36,291 bases of DNA from Sulfurimonadaceae bacterium (GCA_041562555.1 JBFEXS010000007.1:1-36291); one strand, 5' to 3'. Positions 20,551 through 29,807 are shown, counted from the stretch's first letter. The notes: generated from the sequence alone by a model not told the origin. Numbers and translations: made by a program.

Positions 20551-21063
20551 ATGGGTATAAAAGTTGTTCCGAGATATGGAAACTCAATCAAAGACAAGAC
20601 CTATTTATGGGCTCTTTTCTCTGGGATGAAGGTCACCTTTACCAAGTTTACCCAGAATCTAAATGACACCAGCTGTATTCCGACCTGCGAATACCCGGAA
20701 TCCCAACCTCTGGATATCACCGATCGATACCGTGGCATGCATAGACTAACCCATAGAGACGATGGCAGTGTACGGTGTGTTGCCTGTTTTATGTGTGCTA
20801 CAGCCTGTCCTGCCGATTGCATTTTCATCGAAGCCGAAGAGCGTCTGGATGGCATAGATGAAAAACAGCCTGCACGCTTTGACATTGATCTTCTGGAGTG
20901 TATCTTTTGCGGATATTGCGTCGAGGCTTGTCCCTGCGATGCCATTCGTATGGATACGGGTATCTTTTCTATTGTTGCCAAAAATAGAGAAGACTTTATC
21001 GTTAACAAGGACAAACTCCTCGAAAACCGCGGTGCCTTCGGTGAGGAGGACTCCCGTGCTTAG
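20551..21063 (+). CDS. nuoI: NADH-quinone oxidoreductase subunit I
   Basis: CVACFMCATACP and CIFCGYCVEACP (two [4Fe-4S] clusters). Confidence 0.95.
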   Translation: MGIKVVPRYGNSIKDKTYLWALFSGMKVTFTKFTQNLNDTSCIPTCEYPESQPLDITDRYRGMHRLTHRDDGSVRCVACFMCATACPADCIFIEAEERLDGIDEKQPARFDIDLLECIFCGYCVEACPCDAIRMDTGIFSIVAKNREDFIVNKDKLLENRGAFGEEDSRA

Positions 21064-21559
21064 CACTGTTATATTCTTTATTCTGGCAATAACGGCATTA
21101 GGCTCTGCCTTCGGAATGATCTATTTCCGTCAGCCCATCAACTCTGCTCTAAGTATGATCGTCACTCTGCTGAGCATCGCAGGTCTCTTTGCCTTGCTTG
21201 GAGGAAGTTTTCTTTTCCTGGTACAGATCATCATTTATGCTGGAGCTGTCGTCACTTTGATCTTGTTTATCATCATGTTCTTGAATATCAAGGATGAGAA
21301 CCTCCCACACGAACCCAATAAAGCCAAATGGGTACTCTTCATGAGTCTCCTGATATCTCCCTTTAGCGCTTTTTTGATCTTGGCAATCAATCGGGTTGAT
21401 TTCGCACCTTTACGTCTTGGAAACTTTGGAGATATCAAGGCCTTGGGACTTCTCCTTTTTGACAAGTGGGTTTTACCCTTCGAGATGATCTCTATTCTTT
21501 TGCTGATCTCTCTTATCGGTGTGGTCATCCTGGCAAAAAAGGAGCATGGCCATGATTAA
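21056..21559 (+). CDS. nuoJ: NADH-quinone oxidoreductase subunit J
   Basis: QIIIYAGAVVTLILFIIM and LPFEMISILLL. GTG start at 21056 behind GAGGAGG. Confidence 0.92.
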   Translation: MLSTVIFFILAITALGSAFGMIYFRQPINSALSMIVTLLSIAGLFALLGGSFLFLVQIIIYAGAVVTLILFIIMFLNIKDENLPHEPNKAKWVLFMSLLISPFSAFLILAINRVDFAPLRLGNFGDIKALGLLLFDKWVLPFEMISILLLISLIGVVILAKKEHGHD

Positions 21560-21869
21560 TATTGGATATTTTATGATCCTCTCCATCCTGCTTTTCTCTA
21601 TCGGTATTGTAGGTGTCATCAGTCGGCGGAATATCTTCGTCATGTATATGTCTATGGAACTTATGCTCAATGCCGTCAACTTGGCCCTTGTAGCCCTTTC
21701 ACACCATTTCCTGGACCTCAATGCCCAGGTCATGGCTATTATGATCATTGCCATTGCTGCCGCTGAGGCATCCATATTCTTGGCTCTTTTTGTGATGCTC
21801 TTTAAAAATGCACGTTCTTTGGATGCCAACTTTTTTGAACTGCTTAAACAGGACAAACACCATGTTTGA
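21552..21869 (+). CDS. nuoK: NADH-quinone oxidoreductase subunit K
   Basis: RRN...MSMELMLNAVNL and AAAEA. AAGGAG RBS. Confidence 0.94.
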   Translation: MINIGYFMILSILLFSIGIVGVISRRNIFVMYMSMELMLNAVNLALVALSHHFLDLNAQVMAIMIIAIAAAEASIFLALFVMLFKNARSLDANFFELLKQDKHHV

Positions 21870-23748
21870 GACTAATCTTCTCGGTTGGATTGTCGGTGCT
21901 GTCTTCTTCTCTTCACTATCCATCATGCTTATTTCTGTGTTTTCCAAATACAATAATGATGTTCCTAAGAAGATCTATACGATTATCGGCCTGGGCGGAC
22001 CGGCTGTCAGTCTGTTCCTCTCCATGATACTGATCATTGAGTTTATCATACAGCAGACCCCTTTTAGCTATAGTCCTTATATCTGGCTGGACATCGAAGG
22101 CTTTCTCCTAGAAGCACGCTTGAGACTCGATGCTCTATCTGCTGCTATGCTCACTTTTGTCAGCTTTGTAGGCTTTATCATCCATCTATATGCCCACGTT
22201 TATATGAAAGAAGACGAAGGATATGCACGTTTTTTTGCCTGGTTCAACCTCTTTATGGCATCTATGTTCCTGTTGATCCTGACTGACAATCCCTATATGC
22301 TCTTTATCGGCTGGGAAGGTGTAGGGCTCTGTTCTTATCTGCTCATCAGTTTCTATTTTGACAATGAGAGGAATGTCCAAGCAGGGAACAAAGCTTTTAT
22401 CCTAAACCGTATTGGAGATTTTGGGTTTATCTCAGGATTGGCACTGCTGTTTGTCTCTATCGGACATATGGGCTTGGACTTCAACAGCCTCGAGACCAAC
22501 ATCCATCTTATCTCCTCTGAGAGACTTAATCTTATTGCTTTTTTACTCTTTGTCGGGGCCATGGGTAAATCTGCACAGATACCGCTGTATATTTGGCTTC
22601 CTGATGCCATGGCGGGACCGACCCCGGTCTCCGCACTTATCCATGCAGCGACGATGGTCACTGCCGGAGTCTATTTGATAGCACGTTTTCATTTTCTCTA
22701 TGCCATTACTGAAGAAATCGGTCTTTTTATTGCTTATACAGGTGCTTCCTCTGCCCTACTTGCGGCACTCATCGCGATGCGTCAGGATGATATCAAAAAG
22801 ATACTCGCTTATTCGACTATGTCCCAACTGGGATATATGTTTATGGCCGTTGGTCTAGGTGCTTACTCTTACGGTATCTTTCATGTTTTTACCCACGCTT
22901 TTTTCAAAGCCCTGTTGTTTATGGGGGCGGGAGCTATCATCCTGGCCCTGCATCATGAACAAAACATCAAAAAGATGGGAGGCCTTAAAAACAAGATGCC
23001 TTTTGTCTACAGTATGATGCTTATTGCCACCCTCGCGATATCGGGTATACCTCCTTTTAGCGGATTTTTCTCCAAAGATGCAATATTGAACCATCTTTTC
23101 GCTTCGGAGCATTACCTTATCTTCACGATAGCCCTTCTTACCGCCGGTCTGACCAGCTATTATATGTTCAGACTTCTGATACTTGTATTTATCTCACCGA
23201 CGCAGAAGGAGCATCACCTCATCGATCAAGGAAGAATGATCAAGCTTACACTCTTCATACTCGGCATAGGAGCACTCTTTTCAGGCTTTATCAACCTACC
23301 TGTGCTCTTTGGAGGGAATGAGACCTATTCCCTTTGGTTAAACCTGCCTGATATCCGCGTAGGCGTTTCTCATACTACGGAATTTCTACTCTTAGGGACA
23401 AATATTCTTGTCGCTTCAATAGGCATCTATTTTGCCTATGCGCATTACAAAGAGTCTTCCAAGGATCCTTCTTTAGGTTTCTTGGACAATCCGATCAAAC
23501 ATAAGTTCTACATCGATGAAATCTTTTATACCATTTTTGTCAGACCCCTTAACTGGGCAAGTATCTTTATTGTCAGAAAAATGGATGAACAGTTTATCGA
23601 TGGGCTGATACATAAACTCAGCTCCGGATACCAAAAGCTTTCTTACTATAGCGATTACATACAAAACGGGAATGTGCGTTATTATGCCCTGTATATAAGT
23701 TGCGGTATAGTCGGCATCTTCGTTTATCTCTTTATTGGAGGATATTAA
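21862..23748 (+). CDS. nuoL: NADH-quinone oxidoreductase subunit L
   Basis: FIGWEGVGLCSYLLI, NRIGD, GKSAQIPL, WLPDAMAGPTPVSALIHAATMV and HAFFKALLF. Confidence 0.95.
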   Translation: MFETNLLGWIVGAVFFSSLSIMLISVFSKYNNDVPKKIYTIIGLGGPAVSLFLSMILIIEFIIQQTPFSYSPYIWLDIEGFLLEARLRLDALSAAMLTFVSFVGFIIHLYAHVYMKEDEGYARFFAWFNLFMASMFLLILTDNPYMLFIGWEGVGLCSYLLISFYFDNERNVQAGNKAFILNRIGDFGFISGLALLFVSIGHMGLDFNSLETNIHLISSERLNLIAFLLFVGAMGKSAQIPLYIWLPDAMAGPTPVSALIHAATMVTAGVYLIARFHFLYAITEEIGLFIAYTGASSALLAALIAMRQDDIKKILAYSTMSQLGYMFMAVGLGAYSYGIFHVFTHAFFKALLFMGAGAIILALHHEQNIKKMGGLKNKMPFVYSMMLIATLAISGIPPFSGFFSKDAILNHLFASEHYLIFTIALLTAGLTSYYMFRLLILVFISPTQKEHHLIDQGRMIKLTLFILGIGALFSGFINLPVLFGGNETYSLWLNLPDIRVGVSHTTEFLLLGTNILVASIGIYFAYAHYKESSKDPSLGFLDNPIKHKFYIDEIFYTIFVRPLNWASIFIVRKMDEQFIDGLIHKLSSGYQKLSYYSDYIQNGNVRYYALYISCGIVGIFVYLFIGGY

Positions 23749-23749
23749 G

Positions 23750-25216
23750 ATGGAAAACATCCTTTCCCTGTTGATATTCATCCCTATCCTCTCGGCAGTC
23801 TTCTTGTATCTGCTGCCCCTTAATGTACGCTATATCCGATACGCAAGTTTTGGGGTCACTCTTTTTACCACCTCCTTAAGCCTATGGATGTATGCTCACT
23901 TTGAGGTAAGCGAGCAGATGCAGTTCGTCGAACAGTATGACTGGATCAAGGCCTATGGTATCACCTACCATCTTGGAATAGACGGCGTCTCCCTGATTAT
24001 TGTGATGATGACCAATCTTATCATGCCCCTGCTCTACCTCTCCTTCTGGCACCTGGACAGAAAAGGGTATTGGCTTAACCTGCTGATCGTCCATGGAGGA
24101 CTGACCGGTTCAGCACTTTCACTAGATCTCATCCTCTTTTATCTCTTCTGGGAGACCATGCTGCTTCCGATCTTTTTTTTGATCGGACTGTTTGGACGGG
24201 AGAATAAGAACTTTATGAGTATGAAGTTCACCCTGTATACCATCTTCGGTTCCCTTATTATGCTTGTTGCGATCTTGTATCTTGGCTTTTCCTCCTATGA
24301 AAAGACACAGGTATGGGATTTTTCTCTCGCCTACATTCACACCTTGCATATTGAACCATCCCATGCCTTATTGCTCTTTGCCGCCTTTGTATTTGCCTTT
24401 TCCATAAAGATACCGCTCTTTCCTTTTCATACCTGGCTGCCTCAGACCTATCGAGCGGCTCCAATAGGAGCCATAGTGGTCATGTCCGCACTGATGGCAA
24501 AGCTGGGAGTGTATGCGATCTGGAGGTTTGTTTTCACCCTCTTTGAAGATGTCGCCTATGAATTGAGCAATTTCTTTGTCTATCTCGGACTCTTCGGCAT
24601 GCTCTATTTCGGGATCGCTGCGATGCAGCAGCGTGAGCTCAAAAAACTTTTTGCCTACTCCTCTGCCTCACACCTTTCATTGGTCATCATGGGCATCTTC
24701 GCTTTTAACTATTATGCCCACTTGGGAGCCTTTTATATGATCGCATCTCATGCCCTATCTTCAGCAGCCCTGTTCATTATGCTGGGAATGATCTATAAAC
24801 GTACTCAGAGCCTGCATATCCATACCCTCGGAGGTATCGTCCATCAGGCACCGATCTTTTCGATCTTTTTTGCGTTCTTTGCCTTGAGTATTGTAGGGAT
24901 CCCCCTTACCGGTGGTTTTGTCTCCGAACTATTGCTGATAATCGGTGCCTTTAACTACAGCCTTGCTGCCGGTTTTATTGCGGCAACCACCCTTCTGGTC
25001 GCGATCTTATTCATTTTCAAAGTGATGCAAAAAGTCATCTTTGGGAAGAAGAAACGTCAAACATTTGCCGAATTGCATCCCTATGAGCTTTTATCTCTCA
25101 TTCCCCTGGCCCTACTCATCTTGGCAATGGGTGTTTTTCCCTCATATTTTTTGCAAAAATTAAAACCGACGGCCGGTGAACACACCTATCAGGAGCGTAT
25201 GCATGCTAAGCAGTAA
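23750..25216 (+). CDS. nuoM: NADH-quinone oxidoreductase subunit M
   Basis: LGIDG, FYLFWE, IKIPLFPFHTWLP, AYSS-SH and GFVSE. GGAGG RBS. Confidence 0.95.
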   Translation: MENILSLLIFIPILSAVFLYLLPLNVRYIRYASFGVTLFTTSLSLWMYAHFEVSEQMQFVEQYDWIKAYGITYHLGIDGVSLIIVMMTNLIMPLLYLSFWHLDRKGYWLNLLIVHGGLTGSALSLDLILFYLFWETMLLPIFFLIGLFGRENKNFMSMKFTLYTIFGSLIMLVAILYLGFSSYEKTQVWDFSLAYIHTLHIEPSHALLLFAAFVFAFSIKIPLFPFHTWLPQTYRAAPIGAIVVMSALMAKLGVYAIWRFVFTLFEDVAYELSNFFVYLGLFGMLYFGIAAMQQRELKKLFAYSSASHLSLVIMGIFAFNYYAHLGAFYMIASHALSSAALFIMLGMIYKRTQSLHIHTLGGIVHQAPIFSIFFAFFALSIVGIPLTGGFVSELLLIIGAFNYSLAAGFIAATTLLVAILFIFKVMQKVIFGKKKRQTFAELHPYELLSLIPLALLILAMGVFPSYFLQKLKPTAGEHTYQERMHAKQ

Positions 25217-26681
25217 TATTATTATCTCTCTTCTCATCATTGGGGGAAGTGCTGTCATCATGATGCTTGTCGCTGCTTTTACCCGTCTGAGCAATACGGT
25301 TCTATCTTACCTCACACTGCTGATCATACTTTCTGCGATCTACTTTCAGATCAGTTATCTTGGCGAGCTTTTTGCCATCGATATCGCTCCTGAGCTTTTC
25401 AATCATATGCTGCGCTTTGATACCTTTGCCGCATTATTCAATATGATCTTCCTAGTCGGCAGCTTCTTGATGATCGCAACGGCCCGGGCCTTTATGCAGG
25501 CGACCAAGTTTTATATGGCAGAGACCTTTTCCTTACTCCTGTTTGCTCTGTTTTCGATGATGCTTCTTTCTATGGCCAATGAACTTCTTACAGCCTTTAT
25601 CGCCTTGGAATCCGCTTCCGTCTCCGTCTATATCCTTGTAGGGCTCAATCGTTACAATGTCAAAGCATCGGAAGCACTCTTTAAGTATCTATTACTTGGC
25701 TCCTTCAGCGGTGCATTTTTTCTCTTGGGCATCGCCTTTGTCTATGCCCAAGTGGGATCGACCCATATCGGTGATATCAACACCTATCTGAGTACCCATG
25801 AACAGTATGAGCTTGTATTGATCGGAGGAGTGCTGATGATGATCACCATCATGTTTAAGATCTCCGCCGTTCCTTTTCAAGCATGGACCCTGGATGTGTA
25901 TGATGGAGCTTCTCTGCCTATTACCGCCTTTATGGCAGGAACATTTAAGATCGCTATTTTTTCCATTGCCCTGCGTATCTTTTTGGTTGATTATCAGGCC
26001 CTTAACCCCATCTTTGATCCGCTCCTGATATTTGCTGCAGTCATAACCCTTGTCGGAGGTTCCCTACTCACCCTGGCGCAACAGAACATCAAACGTATGC
26101 TCGCTGCATCTTCGATTGTACATAGTGGTTATATGCTTGTTGCACTCGCTGCGACGGGAGCAATGCACACCTCTGCCGCCCCTTCAATCATTTTCTATCT
26201 CGTGGCTTATTTTCTTTCTGCCATAGGCGCATTCGGTATACTGAGCTATCTCTCCCATTGGGATACGGAACGCACGACTTATGAGGATTTCAAGGGCTTT
26301 GCCCATGAGCGCCCTATCCTTGCCGCAATGATGTCCATCTTCATGCTCTCTTTCGCCGGCTTTCCTTCGACCATCGGTTTTCTTGGCAAGTTTTATATCT
26401 TCACTGCTGCTATTGAGTCAGGTCTTACCTGGTTGGCGCTTATAGGTGTACTCGCTGCCTTTGTATCCATCTATTACTACTTCAAGGTGATCGCGATGAT
26501 GTATTTCTATCCGCAGAAGGAGCGTTACAACCTCGCCTTCAGTTTTACACCTGTCGTCATCGGTATCGTCGCACTGTCAGTGCTCTGGGGTGGAATCGGA
26601 ACAGGACTGATCTCTTATCTTCCAGGGGCGAATGTGATCATAGAGACGGCACAAGACTCTATCGCGTCATTATTTTTATAG
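25203..26681 (+). CDS. nuoN: NADH-quinone oxidoreductase subunit N
   Basis: EALFKY, FKISAVPFQAWTLDVYDG, NIKRMLA and SFAGFP...GFLGKF. AGGAG RBS. Confidence 0.94.
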   Translation: MLSSNIIISLLIIGGSAVIMMLVAAFTRLSNTVLSYLTLLIILSAIYFQISYLGELFAIDIAPELFNHMLRFDTFAALFNMIFLVGSFLMIATARAFMQATKFYMAETFSLLLFALFSMMLLSMANELLTAFIALESASVSVYILVGLNRYNVKASEALFKYLLLGSFSGAFFLLGIAFVYAQVGSTHIGDINTYLSTHEQYELVLIGGVLMMITIMFKISAVPFQAWTLDVYDGASLPITAFMAGTFKIAIFSIALRIFLVDYQALNPIFDPLLIFAAVITLVGGSLLTLAQQNIKRMLAASSIVHSGYMLVALAATGAMHTSAAPSIIFYLVAYFLSAIGAFGILSYLSHWDTERTTYEDFKGFAHERPILAAMMSIFMLSFAGFPSTIGFLGKFYIFTAAIESGLTWLALIGVLAAFVSIYYYFKVIAMMYFYPQKERYNLAFSFTPVVIGIVALSVLWGGIGTGLISYLPGANVIIETAQDSIASLFL

Positions 26682-26717
26682 GTATAGAAGAAGCTATGGC
26701 GCCGATGCGCCTGAAGT

Positions 26718-27119
26718 TTACCAACCGCGAACGCGTGAATGGCATGAGTTACATTGGCGCATAAGAAGGGATGCACTTTCCAAGGCTGCATCAAAATCTT
26801 TGGCCTCCATTGCAGTATTCAGTTCATTCGAGTATTCCATGATACGACGAAGACTCTTCTCACCAAACTTGTATGCATAAGCCGTATCCTCAGGAAGATA
26901 GCTCTTTAGATCACCCTTTTTATGGATGTTATCGACCCCCTCTTGAATGTACTTTACACCTGCGTTAATGTTGTCAGGATAGTTGTATAAAAGACCATTC
27001 ATGATCAGACCCATCCCATCCGCCATATGTTTCATATCTGATATACGCTCTTTTTGTTCTCCGGCGGATATTGATGTCAAAAAACTCAGGCTGATTAACA
27101 GTACCACTATCTTTTTCAT
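26718..27119 (-). CDS. Periplasmic monoheme cytochrome c, class II (c'/c556-like)
   Basis: Sec signal peptide, helical composition and a single CNSCH near the C-terminus. Confidence 0.75.
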   Translation of the reverse strand: MKKIVVLLISLSFLTSISAGEQKERISDMKHMADGMGLIMNGLLYNYPDNINAGVKYIQEGVDNIHKKGDLKSYLPEDTAYAYKFGEKSLRRIMEYSNELNTAMEAKDFDAALESASLLMRQCNSCHSRVRGW

Positions 27120-27139
27120 GTTCTTTCCTTTTATGTATG

Positions 27140-27868
27140 TTAGTAAGAGACTACTTCTTTGGTATATTCACTTATGGCCACCGTTTGTGCACTAAAAGAG
27201 ACAATCTTCTTTGCCTTGCGTTTTCCACCCCATTGATCTTTAAATTCTGACTTGAAGCTTTTAAAGTACTCGTGGAACTTGTCTTGTCCCAGTACGGCCA
27301 CTGCCCAAAGCGTATCGTCTTCAACATGTTCGAGCACAATTGATGCAAGAGGCTGTGTTGCCGGGCCGCTCAGATTTACTGCACCGCGTTTGGGATCAAA
27401 AGCGGAAAGGTGAGAACCGCAGACGATCACTCCCCCTTCACTGTAAGCCATCGTCTTGCCTGTCTTAGGGATATAGGAGATAAAACTGTCTTCTTTGTTC
27501 GTATGGGTAAGCTGATGTGGACATATTGCCGTATAGGCGACAATACTATTGTTCTTACCTACACCACCCTTCCATATATATTCAGTCCCGTCTTCGCTTT
27601 TGAGTTTCACTTTCTGTTCCGTTTTTTCAGGAAGGTTAAGTAAAAAACACGGAACTGCTACCTGAGGATAATTAAAGACATACGTCTTTTCTGTCTCAAG
27701 ATCAGAAGCCTTGACCGGATTCCCATCCGCGTCTACCAACTGTACCTTTTCATATGCCTTATACAGCCGTCCATCATCTGCATACAGTGTCTGTCCTATC
27801 ATTGAAGGGCAAACTGCCACGACTGCAGCACCTGTTCCAACAACACGTAAAAAATCACGCCTTTGCAT
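27140..27868 (-). CDS. Tat-exported Rieske [2Fe-2S] protein
   Basis: QRRDFLR Tat motif, AICPHQ and VCGSHLSAFD ligand boxes, GPA-QPL loop, AAGGAG RBS. Confidence 0.85.
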   Translation of the reverse strand: MQRRDFLRVVGTGAAVVAVCPSMIGQTLYADDGRLYKAYEKVQLVDADGNPVKASDLETEKTYVFNYPQVAVPCFLLNLPEKTEQKVKLKSEDGTEYIWKGGVGKNNSIVAYTAICPHQLTHTNKEDSFISYIPKTGKTMAYSEGGVIVCGSHLSAFDPKRGAVNLSGPATQPLASIVLEHVEDDTLWAVAVLGQDKFHEYFKSFKSEFKDQWGGKRKAKKIVSFSAQTVAISEYTKEVVSY

Positions 27869-27958
27869 CTGTACTCCTTATTATATATACCATCTTATGA
27901 ATAGAGGACTTCCCGTCTTGAAGCAGATAGGCAAAACCTCTATTCTGCCAATGAAAAA

Positions 27959-27967
27959 ATCATAACA
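27959..27967 (-). promoter_or_regulatory. Extended -10 promoter for the Rieske-cytochrome c operon
   Basis: TG-T-TATGAT on the minus strand, preceded by TTAAG, about 90 nt upstream of the ATG. Confidence 0.5.
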
Positions 27968-28034
27968 GCCTCATCCTTAAGCGGTTTTTAACCACATTTT
28001 TCATCTACTTATATTTATTATTTGCATACCATAT

Positions 28035-28197
28035 TTATCACTTTTTTATCACTGAACAATGTTCGAAAACCCCTGTTTCAAGGGATTTCTGTCTATTTTT
28101 TTTGCTTATATATATTTTTATCACAAAGAGATGTAAATCTAATGATCGTATATTTTTTACTTATACTCAAACTGTTTAATCACATACTTATCACATA
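28035..28197. promoter_or_regulatory. TTATCAC direct repeats with 11-nt spacing in the divergent Rieske/fccB promoter region
   Basis: TTATCAC at 28035, 28046, 28118 and 28188, plus TAATCAC at 28177. Two pairs are spaced exactly 11 nt. Confidence 0.55.
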
Positions 28198-28283
28198 AGT
28201 TAACTTTATCAAAACAGAACTTGCAATAATTACTTTTTTTGATGTATCATTGTTGCAATCAAAATTTAATACGGAGTAATCAC

Positions 28284-29612
28284 ATGGCAATTTCAAGACG
28301 TAGTGTATTTAAAATCACAGGTGTTGCAGCAGCGGCAACGGCATTATCAGGAACATCCCTTCAAGCTTCTCCTGCCCATACAATCGGTAAACATCAGGTC
28401 GTCATCATCGGCGGTGGTTTTGGCGGCCTAACCGTTGCAAAAGAACTGAAGAAGATCGATCCGAAATTCGACATCTTGATTATCGAAAAAAATGACACCT
28501 TTATGTCATGCCCTTTTTCCAATACAAACCTTGGAAAACTCAAAGGTGTTAATCTCGGTACTTTTGTATATGACTACGATCAGGCCATTGAGAAGAACGG
28601 ATACGCTATGCTTCACTCCGAAGTGACATCCATTGATCGTAAGTCAAAGACAGTAACGACAGCAAAAGGTACGATTGCTTATGACTACCTTGTACTCTCC
28701 CCGGGTATTGAATACAACTATAGAGCGCAATTCCCAGACTGGTCACAAGAGAAGATCGAGCATATCCGCCGTGTTGCACCGGCAGCGTTGATCCCGGGAA
28801 GAGAGCACGTTGTCCTTGAGCGCCAACTTCAAAATATGGAAGATGGAGATGTGATCATTACGGTTCCTGCCGGAAAATTCAGATGCCCTCCTGCACCATT
28901 TGAGCGTGCTTGTATGATCGCTGCTTACATGAAAAAAGAGGAAATACAAGGTAAGGTCATCATCTTGAATGAGACTGGAAAGATCGCCAAAGGTGCAGCC
29001 TTTAAAGAAGCATGGGAAGAGCTGTACGGCGATTATATCGTACATCATGGCGGAGCACGTGTGACAGATGTCGATCCGGACAAGAAAACCGTCTCTTATA
29101 CGATGGATGGCGATAAAGAGACGGCACAATATGAAGTACTGAATCTTATCGCATACAATAAAGCAAACCCGGTTATAGAGATGGCCGGTCTTGAGACAAG
29201 CCAGGACAACTTTGGTAAGGTTCTTATGAATGGGTGTTCATTCCAGACGAAAACCGATGCCAATGTCTATGCAGTCGGTGATGTTGTCGGCCATGCTATC
29301 CCGCCTTCAGGGCAGACAGCGGTATGGGCAGCTAAGCAGTGTGCAGCTGAGCTGGGTCACAGACTTCATGGAAAATCCTATACCTTACCGGTAAAAACAG
29401 CTACGATCAAGGCGGGTAATGTCTGCTACTCTATGGTAGGTGATCAACCTGAAGAGGGCATCATGGTAACCCATGACTTTTCATGGAACGGTACAGTGAT
29501 CAAAGGTGCAGGACATGTACCAAAAGGTCCGGATGGTAAATTCAGATCCAAAACAACAGCGAAAGCGACCCGTGAATGGTTCCGCGGGATCATGGGTGAT
29601 CTTTTCGCCTAA
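28284..29612 (+). CDS. Flavocytochrome c sulfide dehydrogenase flavoprotein subunit (FccB/SoxF family)
   Basis: Tat motif SRRSVFK, Rossmann GGGFGG, SCPFSN (FAD-attachment Cys position), and FRCPPAPFER plus NVCYS (active-site Cys pair). ATG 28284 lies behind GGAG. Confidence 0.88.
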   Translation: MAISRRSVFKITGVAAAATALSGTSLQASPAHTIGKHQVVIIGGGFGGLTVAKELKKIDPKFDILIIEKNDTFMSCPFSNTNLGKLKGVNLGTFVYDYDQAIEKNGYAMLHSEVTSIDRKSKTVTTAKGTIAYDYLVLSPGIEYNYRAQFPDWSQEKIEHIRRVAPAALIPGREHVVLERQLQNMEDGDVIITVPAGKFRCPPAPFERACMIAAYMKKEEIQGKVIILNETGKIAKGAAFKEAWEELYGDYIVHHGGARVTDVDPDKKTVSYTMDGDKETAQYEVLNLIAYNKANPVIEMAGLETSQDNFGKVLMNGCSFQTKTDANVYAVGDVVGHAIPPSGQTAVWAAKQCAAELGHRLHGKSYTLPVKTATIKAGNVCYSMVGDQPEEGIMVTHDFSWNGTVIKGAGHVPKGPDGKFRSKTTAKATREWFRGIMGDLFA

Positions 29613-29640
29613 ATACAGGCTTCTTCATACACCCAATCTT

Positions 29641-29670
29641 CAGGGAGAGAGTCTCTCCCTGTTCTTTATT
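29641..29670 (+). terminator. Rho-independent terminator after the fccB-like gene
   Basis: CAGGGAGAG-AGT-CTCTCCCTG perfect stem followed by TTCTTTATT. Confidence 0.8.
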
Positions 29671-29740
29671 CCTACAGACTTCCCGAACATCTTAATATAA
29701 TACGGTCTATAACAATGAAACAGCGATCAAGTCCATTTAT

Positions 29741-29755
29741 TGATAATGAATATCA
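29741..29755. promoter_or_regulatory. Fur-type box
   Basis: TGATAAT-G-AATATCA matches 13 of 14 positions of the 7-1-7 consensus TGATAATnATTATCA. Confidence 0.7.
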
Positions 29756-29792
29756 TTTTAATAAAATGTTAAGCTATGTTTTCCTACAATTT

Positions 29793-29807
29793 TGATATCC
29801 AATATCA
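29793..29807. promoter_or_regulatory. Second, weaker Fur-type box just downstream of a TACAAT -10 (29785-29790)
   Basis: TGATATC-C-AATATCA matches 11 of 14 consensus positions. Confidence 0.5.

Noticed and set aside
13502..26681. Group 4 hydrogenase or Mrp antiporter instead of complex I
   Set aside because: The D domain lacks the Ni-binding CxxC motifs and retains the quinone-site His and Tyr. The full nuoA-N order is present.
26698..26711. GGCGC-CGAT-GCGCC hairpin between the convergent nuoN and cytochrome c genes
   Set aside because: Only 5 bp with no clear U-tract. It may be a weak terminator but was not called.
27899..27949. c-di-GMP-I (GEMM) riboswitch, suggested by GGCAAA
   Set aside because: GGCAAA is on the non-coding strand, and the GNRA loop and GACGCAAA elements are missing.
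28035..28197. DnaA boxes / oriC
   Set aside because: TTATCAC lacks a base of the 9-mer TT(A/T)TNCACA box, and there is no dnaA/dnaN context.
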